Shown piece after piece: positions 49,638 to 63,200 of a stretch of DNA of 64,000 nt. This stretch comes from Guillardia theta CCMP2712. Its lineage: Eukaryota > Protista > Cryptophyta. A model generated the notes under the pieces. It was given only the letters and a program-made list of their open reading frames with translations, was not told where the DNA came from and did not search any database. Numbering within the stretch: position 1 is the first letter of the stretch; every line of letters starts with the position of its first letter. Both the position numbers and the translations under genes were made by a program. The DNA lies in assembly GCF_000315625.1 (NCBI RefSeq), contig NW_005434607.1, positions 122,825-186,824 of the forward strand, given 5' to 3'.

Positions 49638-49743
49638 GGACTGAATGAGGCTGCCGATCTTCGCTCATCATAGACACGGTCACAGATGCTGGACTGAGTG
49701 AGGCTGCCGATCTTCGCTCATCATAGACACGGTCACAGATGCT
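49638..49743. repeat. Tandem duplication, 2 x 53 bp
   Basis: ggactga(a/g)tgaggctgccgatcttcgctcatcatagacacggtcacagatgct twice, one mismatch. Confidence 0.95.
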
Positions 49744-49767
49744 ACTGTCTTGGACCTTTTCCCTCAG

Positions 49768-49915
49768 TCGCGGCGGGCCACCGCAACCCCCCCCCGCCCT
49801 GACCCCCTTACCCGGCCCGGCCCCGGCGCGGGCGCGGCCCGGCGAGGCCGAATTCAGCCAGTGCGGCGGCCCCGCCGGTACGGGCCGGCAGGCCCGGCGG
49901 GCCGGCGCTGCCGCT
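49768..49915. repeat. GC-rich CCGG mosaic island
   Basis: Same sequence vocabulary as 47770-48430. Confidence 0.5.
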
Positions 49916-50217
49916 AGAAACCACTTCCCTATCAGTAGGCCCGCAGCTCTTGTTGCGAAGGGGTGGGAGTGAGGGCAGCAGTGGTATTTAGTAGGGCGTC
50001 ACCGCAATGCCGGCAACGCGAGATTGGTTGTGCTTTCAGCTGAGATAACCATGGCAGAGCGGTGATGTGCATCATGACATGGTGAACGAATGGATACAGA
50101 GTACATCCTGAGATGAAGCAGCCTTGAATGACCGGTCAGCTGTGTTATTCCATTGTGATCTCAGATCTTCCGCTTCAAACTACACCAACGAAGAATGAAT
50201 GAGTGATTCATTTCACC

Positions 50218-53200
50218 ATGTTAAGACGATCTGCGTCCTTCCGAAGGATTTCTGGGCCTTTTGAGAAATCTCTGATTATTTTCCTACCTATTCTTTATCT
50301 TGAGTTAGTTGAATGCCAAACAAATTTTTCATGGTAAGGTTATGACGTGGTGTTTTTGCATATCACCCACAAATGCCCAGGTTTTGGGATACTTCAAATA
50401 TTTCCAAGAGGATGAAGCAGCAACCATCTTTTGCTTATCTGACATACCCATTTCCTCAATATGCTTGTAACAAGGACCCTAACGTAGCGTACTGCCCAGG
50501 TACAAATTTCACAACCATGCTTTGCGCTTTACGAATCATGGACACTGCAGGATGTGAGAATGCCGGAGGCGTCGATTGCTCATCAGATAGCTGTCAAACT
50601 TGCAAGAGTGCATGCACATCATTCAACTATGGAGCAAATGCATCTGTTGTAACTAAAATAGACATATCCGCGCTGACATGTCTTGCAGGTGAGTGGCTCG
50701 AGCTGCTCTGAAGCGACCTTAACATCTTCCAATTTTGCTGGAGTCTGCCTGACAAGGTCTTTTCTTTGATCAAGTTTGACGAACGAAATGAATGTAGCTT
50801 GCAGAATATTTGCTGTTGAAGGGGAATTCTCTTCATTGAGCACATACATTATGTACACGGCGATGCAATACAACTTCTCTCAGGAAGAATTCAGCAAATT
50901 CGATGTGAATGGAACTGGATTCACATTGGAGGAATGCAAAAAAGCATTTCGAGGGAATGCAGATCTCTGCATACCAATGTTTCCAAATCAAAACAACACC
51001 AATACCAGCACAAACCAAACGGTGTTGACTTATACAGACATTCTGAATTATGGCAGCTGGAATGGATCCATTATTGTTCGATCCGTTCAGCCTATACAGC
51101 CTGGAAGTGTTTTAGCCCCTGAAGGCACATTTGAAGTTTCGATGTCGGTGCGGTGGGGATACCTGGATGTCTTTGGGAAGTGGATCTACTTTCAAAACGG
51201 TTCAAGTACTTATTCCCCAGGTGGATTGACATCTTTTCCCACTTACATTTAACGGTTTTTCAGGCTTACTTTCTCAATGTCTTTCAATTGTTGAAAGTCA
51301 GGGACTTTGCAACTTATCAAATTTGACCAGTTACGACATATCAGAAGTTTCTTTCAGGTGTGTTTTGATTTCTCCTTCATTTTTTCTTGTTAACCTGTGC
51401 AACACATAGGAAAGTGGGTGCTACTGGAGAAGAAAAGCGAATCTTGTTTTTCAGAGGCAGCTACAGCCAAGTTGTCAAAGCATTCCAATCCTTGCACTTC
51501 AGAGCATTGGATATTACGTCAACAACAAACATTTTCGAATCCAAGGTATTTACATATTGTTTTTCATAGTCCATGCTGTGCATTAAGCTTAGATTTCCTC
51601 AATAGGGGCCGGGCTGGAACTCAGACAGAGTTCGGCATCTTATGTTGAGTCCAACAAGCACGGCAGTACAACCATGGTTTCAAATCGATTTCTGGATTGG
51701 GTCACAGACAACTCCCGTTGACACAGAGAAGCCTCCTGACATGAGTCAACTCATATGGGTCATACCTGTCAACAACCCTCCAACCATCACTGACCCACAA
51801 GTTGGGTATCTTCCTGGATGTATTTCTTCTCCTCCTTGCGATACCAACTCAAGCAAATTTGTTTTGAGTGGTCCCCAGTATTACTTTGGCCAATATTGGT
51901 TGTGGGAAGGCTCAGCAAATCAACTACGATTAACAGGAATCGAAATAGATGATCCTGATCTTGATGAAGGTTGCTATTTTCAAGATAGTGCACCCTGTAA
52001 ATGGATTGACAACCCGAACGCATATTCCTGTGGAACAATGAAAGTTGAGCTCACAGCAGACATTGGAAGAATTCTTCTCAATTCTCGTGACGGTTTGATT
52101 TTTCTTGAAGACTCTCCATCCAGGATAGTAGCGACAGGTCTCAAGTCTAAGGTGGCCAATGCAATACGAGGAGTACTGTATCGCATTGATTCTGTCATCA
52201 ACATCATAAGTGGCAATAGCAAATACCTCTTTCAGAACTCTCAGCACCTTGGCAGCACTCCAGACTTCTTGCGAGTAACTCTGAATGATCAGGGAAATTT
52301 CGGAGAGAACGGTTTTTCTGAATATGCTTCCACGGCTGCTCACAAGAATGGTCTGATAATCAACATCACAATAGCTGCTGTGAACAACGCCCCTTCGATT
52401 TCAATGGGGAATTCATACACAGCTTACGAGAATAGACCTTACAGTGTTGCTGGAATCTCAGTGAATGACATTGATGTTGACGAAGTGATAACATCTCAAT
52501 TCGCCAAGGAGCTTTGGCTGGGTTATTTATACAATCTTCCATATGAAAACAAGATCAAAATTACAGCACAGCTCAATGGTTACAACAACGGAGTAGCTCG
52601 TGGTTTGATATACATCAATTCGGACGGATCTAATCTTTACTTGGTTAGTAATGGCTCTCATGTCTTCATTAACGTATCTTCAACATTTGTGCAAAGTCAT
52701 GCATGTTCGTTCCAGGATGCGATTTCTCGCCCTGGATCATATCAATGTGAGCAGGATACTCCTGCATCGGGAATACTCTGCATGGGGTCATGGGACAACA
52801 TCACTTGCAGAAGAATTGGAGGCGGGCGCTTGCAGTTCGTGAACGACTCGAATACTCGGTTTCATATCACCGACTTCTCTAGCTCACTCCTGCCATATCT
52901 CAATAATGTGTCAGCAGGAGTGCAGATTGAATTTGGGGTTGTGACCTCGGGAGGGCTTACAATGCTCGGCGAAGTGAGTGCATGGGATGCGAACAGCTCA
53001 GATATCACTCTAGGCAGTGCGAGCACGGATATTCGCGGACTGTCCGGGGGGATCATACAATGGCAGATGTATTTGAAAGGAGCCTATTCGAATTGTACAT
53101 ATCAAGGCCCTTCGCTTGCTGAAGTTTGTATCTCTGCCGCAGGTAACTCATTGTTTCCTGCTCAAGTACCTTGCTCTGGGGAAGCTAGTTCGCAGACAAG

Positions 53201-56200
53201 TTGCGAAATGCTTGGAAACGGGCGCTTGCAGTTCGTGAACGACTCGAATACTCGGTTTCATATCACCGACTTCTCTAGCTCACTCCTGCCATATCTCAAT
53301 AATGTGTCAGCAGGAGTGCAGATTGAATTTGGGGTTGTGACCTCGGGAGGGCTTACAATGCTCGGCGAAGTGAGTGCATGGGATGCGAACAGCTCAGATA
53401 TCACTCTAGGCAGTGCGAGCACGGATATTCGCGGACTGTCCGGGGGGATCATACAATGGCAGATGTATTTGAAAAACACGTTTTGCACCATTCCGCAACC
53501 ATGTGGTTGCAAAGTGATTGATATGTGTGACAAAAATGGCGAATTTTTGCTCTTTCTGAATTATTCAAACACCCAGACACGTCTGTACACAAATGACCTC
53601 ATTGCATCGTTGGCAAAAATAAACAAGACATGTGGCGGACTTCCACTTCGAAATCTGCCAGCACCATTTGCAACTTCTTTAGGAAAAAGATGTTCCTCAA
53701 ATTACGATTGCAGTAATATGAACTTTACCAAATGCAAACCAGGAGTGAATTGTTTATGTTGTGGAAACTTATCAGCTGTTTGTTCGCAAGATTCTGATTG
53801 TGAAATGTATAGTAATCCTTGGGAAAAGGTGCAATTGTGTGGTTGCACGAGACAATTGGATTCTTCTTATGTGTTTATAGACAAACGTTGCTGCGCAGAT
53901 ACAAGGATCTCGTGTTCCAACGACTCTGACTGTGGATTTATTCTAAACAATTCTTCCTGCGGGTGCCAACCAACCTTTCCTGTTTGCGGTCCGTTTAAGA
54001 GTGGGGAATCGTATGATATTCGCTTGGGACAGCCCTGTACTTATCGCGGGGTGAAAATGACTCAGAACGGCAAGGTTACCATGCACGATTCTTTGAGTTG
54101 TATCTCTCCCATTTTCGCAATTGAAGGAACTTCAAGAAGTGAATATGTCAATCAAATCTTGTTTTCTCAGAGTTTGTATGACCATAACGAGCTTTCAGGG
54201 AGGGGATCTACACGGATTGAGTTTTATTCACCACTGCTGTATGCCCAAGCTGCCTTGCAGTCATTGATTTACCTTACCTACAATCCCGAATTTCCAAATT
54301 ACAACCGATTGTATAGATTACCAAAGGATGAGAGAAATCCGGCTACATTCAACATCAATGCTGATGATTTTGACAAGCTATCGGTCACTGCAAATGACAT
54401 GGGTAATTCAGGGGGTGGGGCTCGCGTGGAAAATGAGGTCACCAGCTCAATGCAGATTATCACCATGGCAGTCAACAATCCACCGGAGATACACGCTCCA
54501 TCTGTGATCGCGGTTCGGGAAGATGTCCCATACAGTATTTTGACTAGGCTCGATGCCAGCCCTCCACTTCATGGAATTTTTCTTACCGACCCTGACCAGA
54601 ATGACTACGGGTTCAATGATTCAAAAGTGACTCTCGAAAAGACGTTGGGCTTTGCAGTGAATCTTTCTGTGGATCATGGCTGCATTTTTGTGAATGAGAA
54701 CTTTCTTCAATATGGTCATGAATATGCTGGTCGGAATCTAACCGACGCTTTGGGAAACACGATTTACATCAAAGTCGGCGACTCTCAGTGCAGCTTGATA
54801 GACCCCTTTGCTACAGACGGATGTACTATTCGATTGCTAGACTACGGGCAACCAAAGGAAGGCTTGCACGCTGTCAAGTGCATCTCACAGTGTACTTCGG
54901 TCACCTTTGCTCCGTGTTATTCTGCAACACCACCTACAGTTGATCGTCACTGCTATGGTCGTGGTTGTGCAAAGTTTCTAGCATTTGAAGGACGATTTGC
55001 TGATATCAATAATGTGCTATCAAACATCACTTATGTCAGTGACCCCAATTTCAACACTCATTACGGGGTACAGGAAAGTTTGTTGATCCAAGTTACGGAC
55101 AACGGAATACTGGGAGACCCGCCTGATATTCCTCATCGTGCTCAGCTAAGAATTCCGATTGTTGTTGAACCTGTCAACGATGCTCCCATCATCGGACGTC
55201 TGCAGAATGCGCAATGCATAGACTACAGGGCTGATGGCACATACGATCTGTCTCTGCTGTACAGCGAGACTAGATTTTTCTCAATTTCATCTGTCGATAG
55301 CATCGACGTCAACGAAGACACTGAATTTACCTTGATGCCTGACAGGTTATGGATATCCGATCCTGATGCTGAAGAAGCAACTATTCGGAGCAGGACTGTC
55401 AGTCATTGTGCTGGTCCATGTGGATTGGTAATCAACGATAAGAAGCGAAATTGTTGCGTCTCAACAAGTTGCCCTTATCTGTGCAAAAAGATTGAAACTG
55501 TCACGCCAGGTGGAATTCCATCCGATGTCATTGTTTACCTATCAGTTTCAAACGGCAAATTAAGCTTTTACCCACCGCCAACTTACTACTTCATTCCAGA
55601 GATTGTCTTCTTGACAAACATCTCAAAGCAGATAGTTGAAAACAACGCCAGCAATGTTCAACTTTGTACAAACCAATTGGCATGCATGAAGAATCAGACT
55701 GAACTGTGGATTAGAACCAGGTTGCCTTACTTGCAAAAAGCTCTTAGCGCAGGTTATCTGAGATACATTGGGAATCAAAATTATAATGGAGACGATAATC
55801 TCAACATTTGGGTCTATGACAACGGGTACTCTGACGTGACGTACACAAACCCCCGCTCATCTTCAGCATCGCTAGCCATTCAGATCGTCGCTGTGAATGA
55901 TCCTCCAGCAATACAGCATCCAGGAGGACCAGGCTGTAGTTGCAATCCAAGTTCAGGAATGTGCAGCTGTTCCTCAACCCCGCCTTTGCTCTATGCGTCC
56001 AGTGATGCGTGCATGAACGACTGGATGAAATATGGGTTCTCAGATCCCTGGCCTTCTGGCAGAGGACTAGACTGCACTCATCCCAACTTGTCATCAATAC
56101 CAAACACCAGATCCACGTACAGTGGGTACAAAGATTTGTCCACCAAGATTGTGTTTTCGGATGTGGACATCAACCAGGGGCAATATGCGAATCTTACTGT

Positions 56201-59200
56201 AGACTTGTCGATTGCACGTCCGGGTGCTGGAGACTTTCAAATCCGCAATCTCTTATCCACAGTGATCTATTATCAGTATGAGGACAATGCAGGAAGATGG
56301 CACATGGTGATGCAAGGCACGATATCGGACATCAACTCTCAGATGGATCAGTTGTACTTCAATCCAAACCCGACGTATTCAGGTCCGTCTCCTTTCGAAA
56401 TAGTTGCAAACGACAACAACAATTGGGGAATCTGCACTCCTCGTATTGGTGCGAAGCCATATCGTTGCAACCGAGACAAGTGCTTCAACCCTTACAGCGG
56501 TAACTCCTACGGTCATTACTTCTTCTGCGGTAGGCCAGTAGCTTCAGATGTCACAGACTTTGGGTTTTTTCCTGGTGCCTCCTTTGCATGCGAATCTTTG
56601 CTTCCGGCGGAACCGGCGGTGCTCTATTCCGGGAGCAACTGGTCAGGACCATGGTCCTGCTTGGGTTGTGGAAGTTACGACATCTTCACTCAATCCATCA
56701 AGAACTCCAACCAAAGCAACCCAAGCCTCCCTGGCGTTACCAGAGTCATCGTCGACGCTACTGTCGGCAGTTCAGCCGCATGCCAGTTTTCCGATTGTGT
56801 TTCCTGCAACTCAGCTACGAAGGCTTTTGCAGGACCGCACGCTGACGGTTGTGGATGGTGTCCAAGTTTCTGCGGCGGAGCGGGAAAGTGTATGATCGGA
56901 AAAGCCATGCCGATCTTCGAAGCTTGTCCCACAGACGTGGCGACAGGACGATCCTATCGCCAGTGTTCTGCATCCTCCAGCAGCCTGATTCTTGATCTTG
57001 CGGTAGCGCTGCCAACGGCCACCTTAGGACTCTACCTCATCTATGCTCTAAGCAAGTGGATGCAACGAAGACACGGAAGCATGGTTGTTTATCTCAAGCG
57101 AAAGCAACTTGACTTCATCCTGACTGGCAGGAAATTGTATCTTCTGCCTCCCGATGGAGCTCATTATCGAGAATTTTTTATTATGATCATCGTTACCGTG
57201 ATCGCTGGGATTTTCTTTAGCGGTGTGCTGACTCAACCTGGGGGTCCCTATGACTACCATTCATCTTTCTACCTCGACTCATTGACGTCGTTGAGTATGA
57301 CAGTCGATTCTTGTAATCTGCGTTTCTTACCTACGAGGATATTCCCTTATCCCACAAACCTTATTTCCGCATTGAAAGTCCGACTAGCATTTCCAATCGA
57401 TCAAAAGATTGTTTTGGCCTCGAATTCTTGCTCTGCGGCAGCAACGCTCTCGTTGCTCAATAACATGCCTGCAGCCACCAAGTATCGGGACTACTACTGC
57501 AACATTCAATTCATCATTCCTGATCGGTACGTGTTCCCGCGGCTCTCCATTCAAGCTGTGGGAAACAACATGACGACTGTGAGGGGAGGCCCGATGGACC
57601 CCGACACTAAGAACTTTGGAATTGATTTTGGTGCGAATGAATTCATCATGCAAGGCGACTATCTTTCTGCGCGGCTTGACAACATTAGCGCCAAACATCT
57701 CAAGTATGATGTCTTGCATGGAACACTGGTGGCAACAAATGTCTCGAACACGCCATATGGGACTTTCAAAAGTATAGATGCCGATATGATCGTCACGTCT
57801 CCCAACCCCACAACTGTTTGGAGTTGGCAGAAGTCAGCAAATATGGTCTGCCTTTCGGCCTCAACCCTGTTCGTGGATTCAGCTTGCAGTGAACAATGTG
57901 GTTATCCCAACCCGGTCGAAATGCCCACTGGTCTGTCGGATGTTGGTGCATCGAATACTATTCATCGATATTATAGAAGAAGAAGTCTGCTGTCTACCTC
58001 GTGCACTGGCGTTCCTGCCGTTCCCGGGTGTGTCAATCCCGACTGCACGTACAATCAGAGCAAGCTCTGCCTCTGCAAGCCGAACTGCGACATGATCCCC
58101 GCCTCCCAGCTGAGCTATGATGGTGTCAGTGGGGTTCGAGGAAGCTGCAACGATCTAGGTCAATGCTGTCGGATGATCTGCCAAGGGTATTCCCTCGCTG
58201 ACATGTTCCCCTACCCCAACTCAGTGCGATGCGGCGCTTGTGTTGCAGCGACTTCCTGCTCACCTCCCACCTGCGGGTCTTGGACTTCTGGCAATCTCGA
58301 GCAGCAATGGTGGTTCACGAGCGATCAGGGTCAGATCTCAGTCACTGTGGCTGCGCAGCTGGAGTCTAATCAAACTCTTCAGAACTCTTACAACGGCAGC
58401 CTGCCTCAGGGCGGTTCGATCTCGACCATCAACCTGGATTTGCGGGATACAGACAAGCAGGTTCTCAACGCAGAGTTCCATGCAGGAGGAAGCTCGGCGC
58501 CTTCAGATCAGATCGTCTGGCTCAGTCTTTACGGCCCTGGTGCGCCTCTGAGTACGGACGGAGACTATGCTTGGATCAAGGATGTCCGATACCTGGTCCT
58601 GCCCGAGTACTTCTTGAAAGCCGTCTCATACTCCCTGCTGGCCCCCAAGAAGCGTCTGATCTCGCTGGGTCTGATGCCAGGCTTCTGCCCTCCCTTCCTA
58701 GCCAGCAACGACCCTGCTGCGACCACGAGGCAAGTGGCCTTGCAGCAGCTTCTCCTCAACACCATCCAAGAGTATCCTGCGAATGTCGCGACCAGGCCGA
58801 TCCCTCAGGGCAGCGAAGTCGTGTGGGTCCCAGTGACAGGATCCCCGGCTAAGTTCGTGCTGGATCCTTCCACAAGTCAATACTTACCTACGGTCATCAG
58901 CATGTGGACTGGCGCTGGACCCTCGATGTACACGTTGCTGCTCCTGTCCATCTTCGTTCCGATGGCTGCCTCTCTTGTTGCTACCTTTGGTCTGTTGAGA
59001 GCTGGTCGATCTTTCCTGCAGAAGTTCCGAGAGAAGGCGCTTGAAAAGGAGAACACGTACCTCAACATCTACGAGCAGGCCAAGTTCGACCACCTCCCCT
59101 TCCATGAGCAAGTTGACCGACTTGAGATACCGGCTGAGACCAGGAAGGAAATGACCGGGCGCACATCCTTCTTCTTTGTCATAGATCAGATCTTCATGTT

Positions 59201-60158
59201 CTCTGAGCGCACCACGCTCATCAATGAGGCCTTTCGTGTCCTCATACACCTCACCATCATCACGACCCCCGCGGGATACATCTACTATGTCTCCAGCCAC
59301 TGGAAGACAGCGTACCTGACTTTCCAGTGCCGTTACACGATCAGCCAAGGAGAGTGTCTGTCTCAGACTGAGGTAGGATCCATGTTCCTCAACTACATGC
59401 TCCTCGTGTACACCCTCGTGGCTCTCACGGAACTCTCTGCTTACTACCTCAAGTTCCCCTACCTTCGTGGCAGGGCGATTCTCCGAGGGCTCTTCTACTG
59501 CACAGTCTCTGCCATCATCTGCTTTTCCCTGCTGTTTCTACTTCTCAGCACGACGTGGATCATGCTGGGGATGCTGCTGCTGCCCTCCATTGTGGCTCCT
59601 TACTTCATCGCTGAGTTCATGATCTCTCTCATCCTCTTGAGCTACATCGTGAAGCTCGTCAGGTTCCGAGCTCGAGTCAGCGTCCACACCAGGAGGAGGC
59701 TCGAGCTCTTCAAGAAGTCGTTGGTCCCTCGCTTCCCGTCTCGGGTGGTGGACGTGGTTGTGGAGATGAGCCTGGAGGCGGCGCTGAAGGAGAACGGCTT
59801 GAGCTACCGGGGCATCGTCTTGAACACGGTCGGCTTGATCACAGCCATAGTCATGATCTACTCCTTCATCCTCGTAGGCTTCAAGGCCTTCAGTGCCGAC
59901 GGCTCGTCGGGGCTGCTCGACTCGATTCTGATTCTGCTGGTGTCGCTGGGGATGCTCTCGTCCATCAACTCGGAGAACAAGCGAGAGCAGGTGGAGGAGA
60001 GCACGCGGGCCATGAGCGACCGAGTGCTCGAAGCCACCTCCAGCACGCTCAGCATCATTCAGGACCAGCTGCATGTGGCAGAGAAGATGATCAAGAGTCA
60101 ACAGCACCTCGAAGACCCCAAGGAGGAGGAGCTGCCTAGGGGAATGATCGTTGACTGA
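50218..60158 (+). CDS. Giant multipass membrane protein with cadherin-like (VNDAP-type) repeats, Cys-rich inserts and a PSI-like domain
   Basis: Signal-peptide-like first exon (MLRRSASFRRISGPFEKSLIIFLPILYLELVEC), small exons at 50.2-51.6 kb, then the 2838-codon ORF 51642-60158. That ORF has five VN(N/D)(A/P)P linkers with DxD motifs, CSDCVSC..GCGWC..C (PSI-like) and ~9 hydrophobic segments. Confidence 0.8.
52823..53474 (+). repeat. Two identical 256-bp direct repeats (52823-53078 and 53219-53474) inside the CDS
   Basis: No mismatches seen; in-frame offset of 396 bp; encodes GRLQFVNDS...QWQMYLK twice. Confidence 0.95.
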
Positions 60159-60261
60159 CTTGCCTTTGATAGAACCTCAGGTTCATTTCTTGTAGATTAT
60201 TCAGCATGCTCTAAATCACTTTCAACTCCAAGTTAACAAGAAGGATGCTCATCAGGTGAAC

Positions 60262-63200
60262 TCAAGCGCTGGTTGTCATGCCCTCCATCCCCTTCGCCAC
60301 AAGTCACTTTCTGTCTCCCCCAGACTCCGCCGCCTCCGGCTCCCTCCTTCCTTCCACTTTTCACTCCATCTGTCTGCTCCTCGTTTACCCTCCCCCCTCC
60401 CCTCCGCTTTCAATCCGCTGGCTCACTCGTTCCTCCTCCTCCTCCTTTCGTACCTTGAAGAACCAGTGGGACGGGTTGAGAATGCCCTCGTTCTGCTGTC
60501 TGATGACCTGCCTCCACGTCACCCCCCTCCCCAGGCTCTCGCGGTTCTTTGCCTGTCCATACAGCTCGAACCCTCCACAGACGAGCTGCGTGCCATTGAT
60601 GCTGTTGCCTCCAGTCGTTACAACCTGCCACTCATGAGCCCGAGGACGAGGAGGAGAAGCTGAAAGACTTTGAAGAAACGCGCTGCCTCCACATGGACTG
60701 GGATCTGCCACGTTCGGACAGCGTAGGGGCCCTTGAGGCTTTCATCCCTGGTCCTGCTTGTTGAGGAGCAGAAGCAGAGCAAGAGGATCCTCTCACATGG
60801 CGTGTGTTGACGCTTGCGTCCAAGACTCTCCGTCAGCTGACACCAGGAACTTCCAGTTCCTGAGCTGCAGGCGAGGAGTCTCGTGTTAGTGTGAAGGACG
60901 AGCTGAGAGAGGAGAGGGGAGGACAAGGGAGGGAGGGAGGGAGGGAGGGAGGGAGGGAGCAGAAGACGGGCAGGCGACGAACATGAGCTCCTGACGAGTA
61001 GCCATGTCGCAAACAGTAGTGAGTCGGTTGCAGCTGAATGCCTTCGGGTAGTTCAACCTGATGCAGTTCAGCGTGACGGACGAGGCGGATGAAAGGAGAG
61101 GATCAGGGGACGGAGGGAGAGAGCTGAAGCAGACAGAGGAGGAGGCGGGCAAGTAGGACAAGATGGGAGATACGACGGTGGAGGCCACCTGAAACCATGC
61201 TCCCTCCTCACTAGCTGACCACGAGTCAACCCGCTTGTCGGGGTCCACACAGAGCTGGAGATGGTCAGGACGTCATGCACGAGGCCAGCTAGGAGAATGT
61301 AGCTCACCACATCTTGCAGCTTCCCTTTGGTCCAGCTGGTTTGATAAGGCAAGTCACAACCAACAGAATCTTCGAAAGGTGGCGATCAATTTACCTGGAG
61401 CCAGTGACCCGCACAGCAGAGGATTCTGAGGCCGGGTTGATCCAATCCCTGGTTCCTCCTGCCGCAAGGACATCAACTTCCTCGTCCTCGTCCTTGTCCT
61501 TCGCCTCGCCCCCCCGCAACCTTTCCCTCCTCGATCTCCTCCTCCTCTATCTTCAATTTACCGCACGAGCCAAGCCAGTAGAACAATCCGCACCTGAGAA
61601 ACCATTAGAACATTACTGCACCCTCTTTCTTTCCCATGGCAGCCCCGTGTAATCCCTCCATCCCCCGTCCCTCCGTCAGTTCTCCTTACTTATCCATCAT
61701 GTGCTTCCCGCTCCAGTAGAAAATCTGCAGAATTCCTTTGAGTTCATTTCCTTACTTCCTTCTTCTCCCCGTCTCAACTTCTTTCCATCCCCATTCCCCT
61801 TCCGTTTCTGCCTCCTACTGCCTTCTCATCCTCACCCTTCTACACCCTCATACCGTGTTAGGCGCCGGAAGCTTGATGGTGCCTCCACTGCCAGATTGCT
61901 CGAGCTTCTTGCTGAACAAAAAAGAAATAAGTAGAATGACAGAGCAGAGAAACAGCCCGAGGCTGAGAGAGTGAGGAAGAAGAGAGACAGGAAATGCGAG
62001 GAATGGAGTGAAGGAGGGAGAGACTGTGAAGGAGAGGCAGGAAGAGAAATTTGAGAGGAGAGAGCGAAAGTGAGTGGGACGAGCAAAACCTGCCTTGTTT
62101 CCTCACCTCTGAGATGTTCGGATAAAGAGCCCTCCGTTGTACCCAACCTCGACCCGTCCTTCCGCCTGTTTTCGCGTCAGACCTTTTGTCACCTGCTTTT
62201 TCCCCTTCTCTTCTCCTTTCATCTCATTACTCCTTGCTTATCCCTCGTCCTCCTCTTCACTTCATCTCCTCCCGTTTCCTCCTCCCCTCTTCGCCTCTCT
62301 CCTCCTTTCACACGCTACTCACATGCTGCTCATTGGATTCGCTCGACGAGCCTCGGCTCATGAGGAAGCCTGAAGAAGACCTTCCCCCACCTTCAGACCT
62401 CCCTTGCTCGCGACCGCCAGCTCACCGTCTCAGCCCGCTGCTGTACCACCTCCCTCCCTTCTCGCTCTTCTCAATCTGCTCAGTCAAGGAGGTGAATCAT
62501 AGAGTAAAGTGTCCTCCTCCACTCTAACCTTGTCTGCTCGAGGAGACTGCAGTAGTGCCCAGAGTTTGGAGTCTCCCGTGCTGCTGAGAGGTTTGCCCTG
62601 TTGTCCATCAGCCTGTGCTCGGCTGCCAAGTCTGACCCACCTGACTCGAGCTCTGCTGGGAGGATGTGCTTCTAGTCTCATCGTCCGCTACTGTTCAGGA
62701 GAGAAGGAAAGGTGAAGAAGAAGAAGAAAAAGAAGAAGAAGAAGAAGAAGAAGAAGAAGAAGAAGAAGAAGAAGAAGAAGATAATGATGATGATAATTGT
62801 GGTGTTGATGACGATGATTATGTTCATGGCGTAGATGAAGGTGAAGCGCAACGATGATGAGCAGGAAAGAAGAAAGATATTTCAGTTTCACGCGTGCAGG
62901 CTGTAGGAAGGGACCTTCTCGCTCCTGCCTGCGAGACCACAACATGTTCTTCACCGACGACATGCTGTCTCATGCATCATATAGCAGGAAAAGAAACAGA
63001 GAGGGAGCAGCAGACCTGCTTGACTTCTTCAACACCATCATGTTGTCATCTTGTGCTGCAGGAAAACCTCACGATGAAATTTGCACTCCTCATCTCCTCT
63101 CTTTCCTCCTGCCCTTCTCTCCTCCTCCCCTCCTCCCCTCCTCCCCTTACCATTCGTCGATTGCAAGCTTCCATCGAAAAACTGTTTTCAAGGTCTTCAC

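Noticed and set aside
48455-49765. Terminal inverted repeats around the orphan ORF (ctaaggaaaag vs cttttccctcag)
   Set aside because: Too short and imperfect; no target-site duplication or transposase seen.
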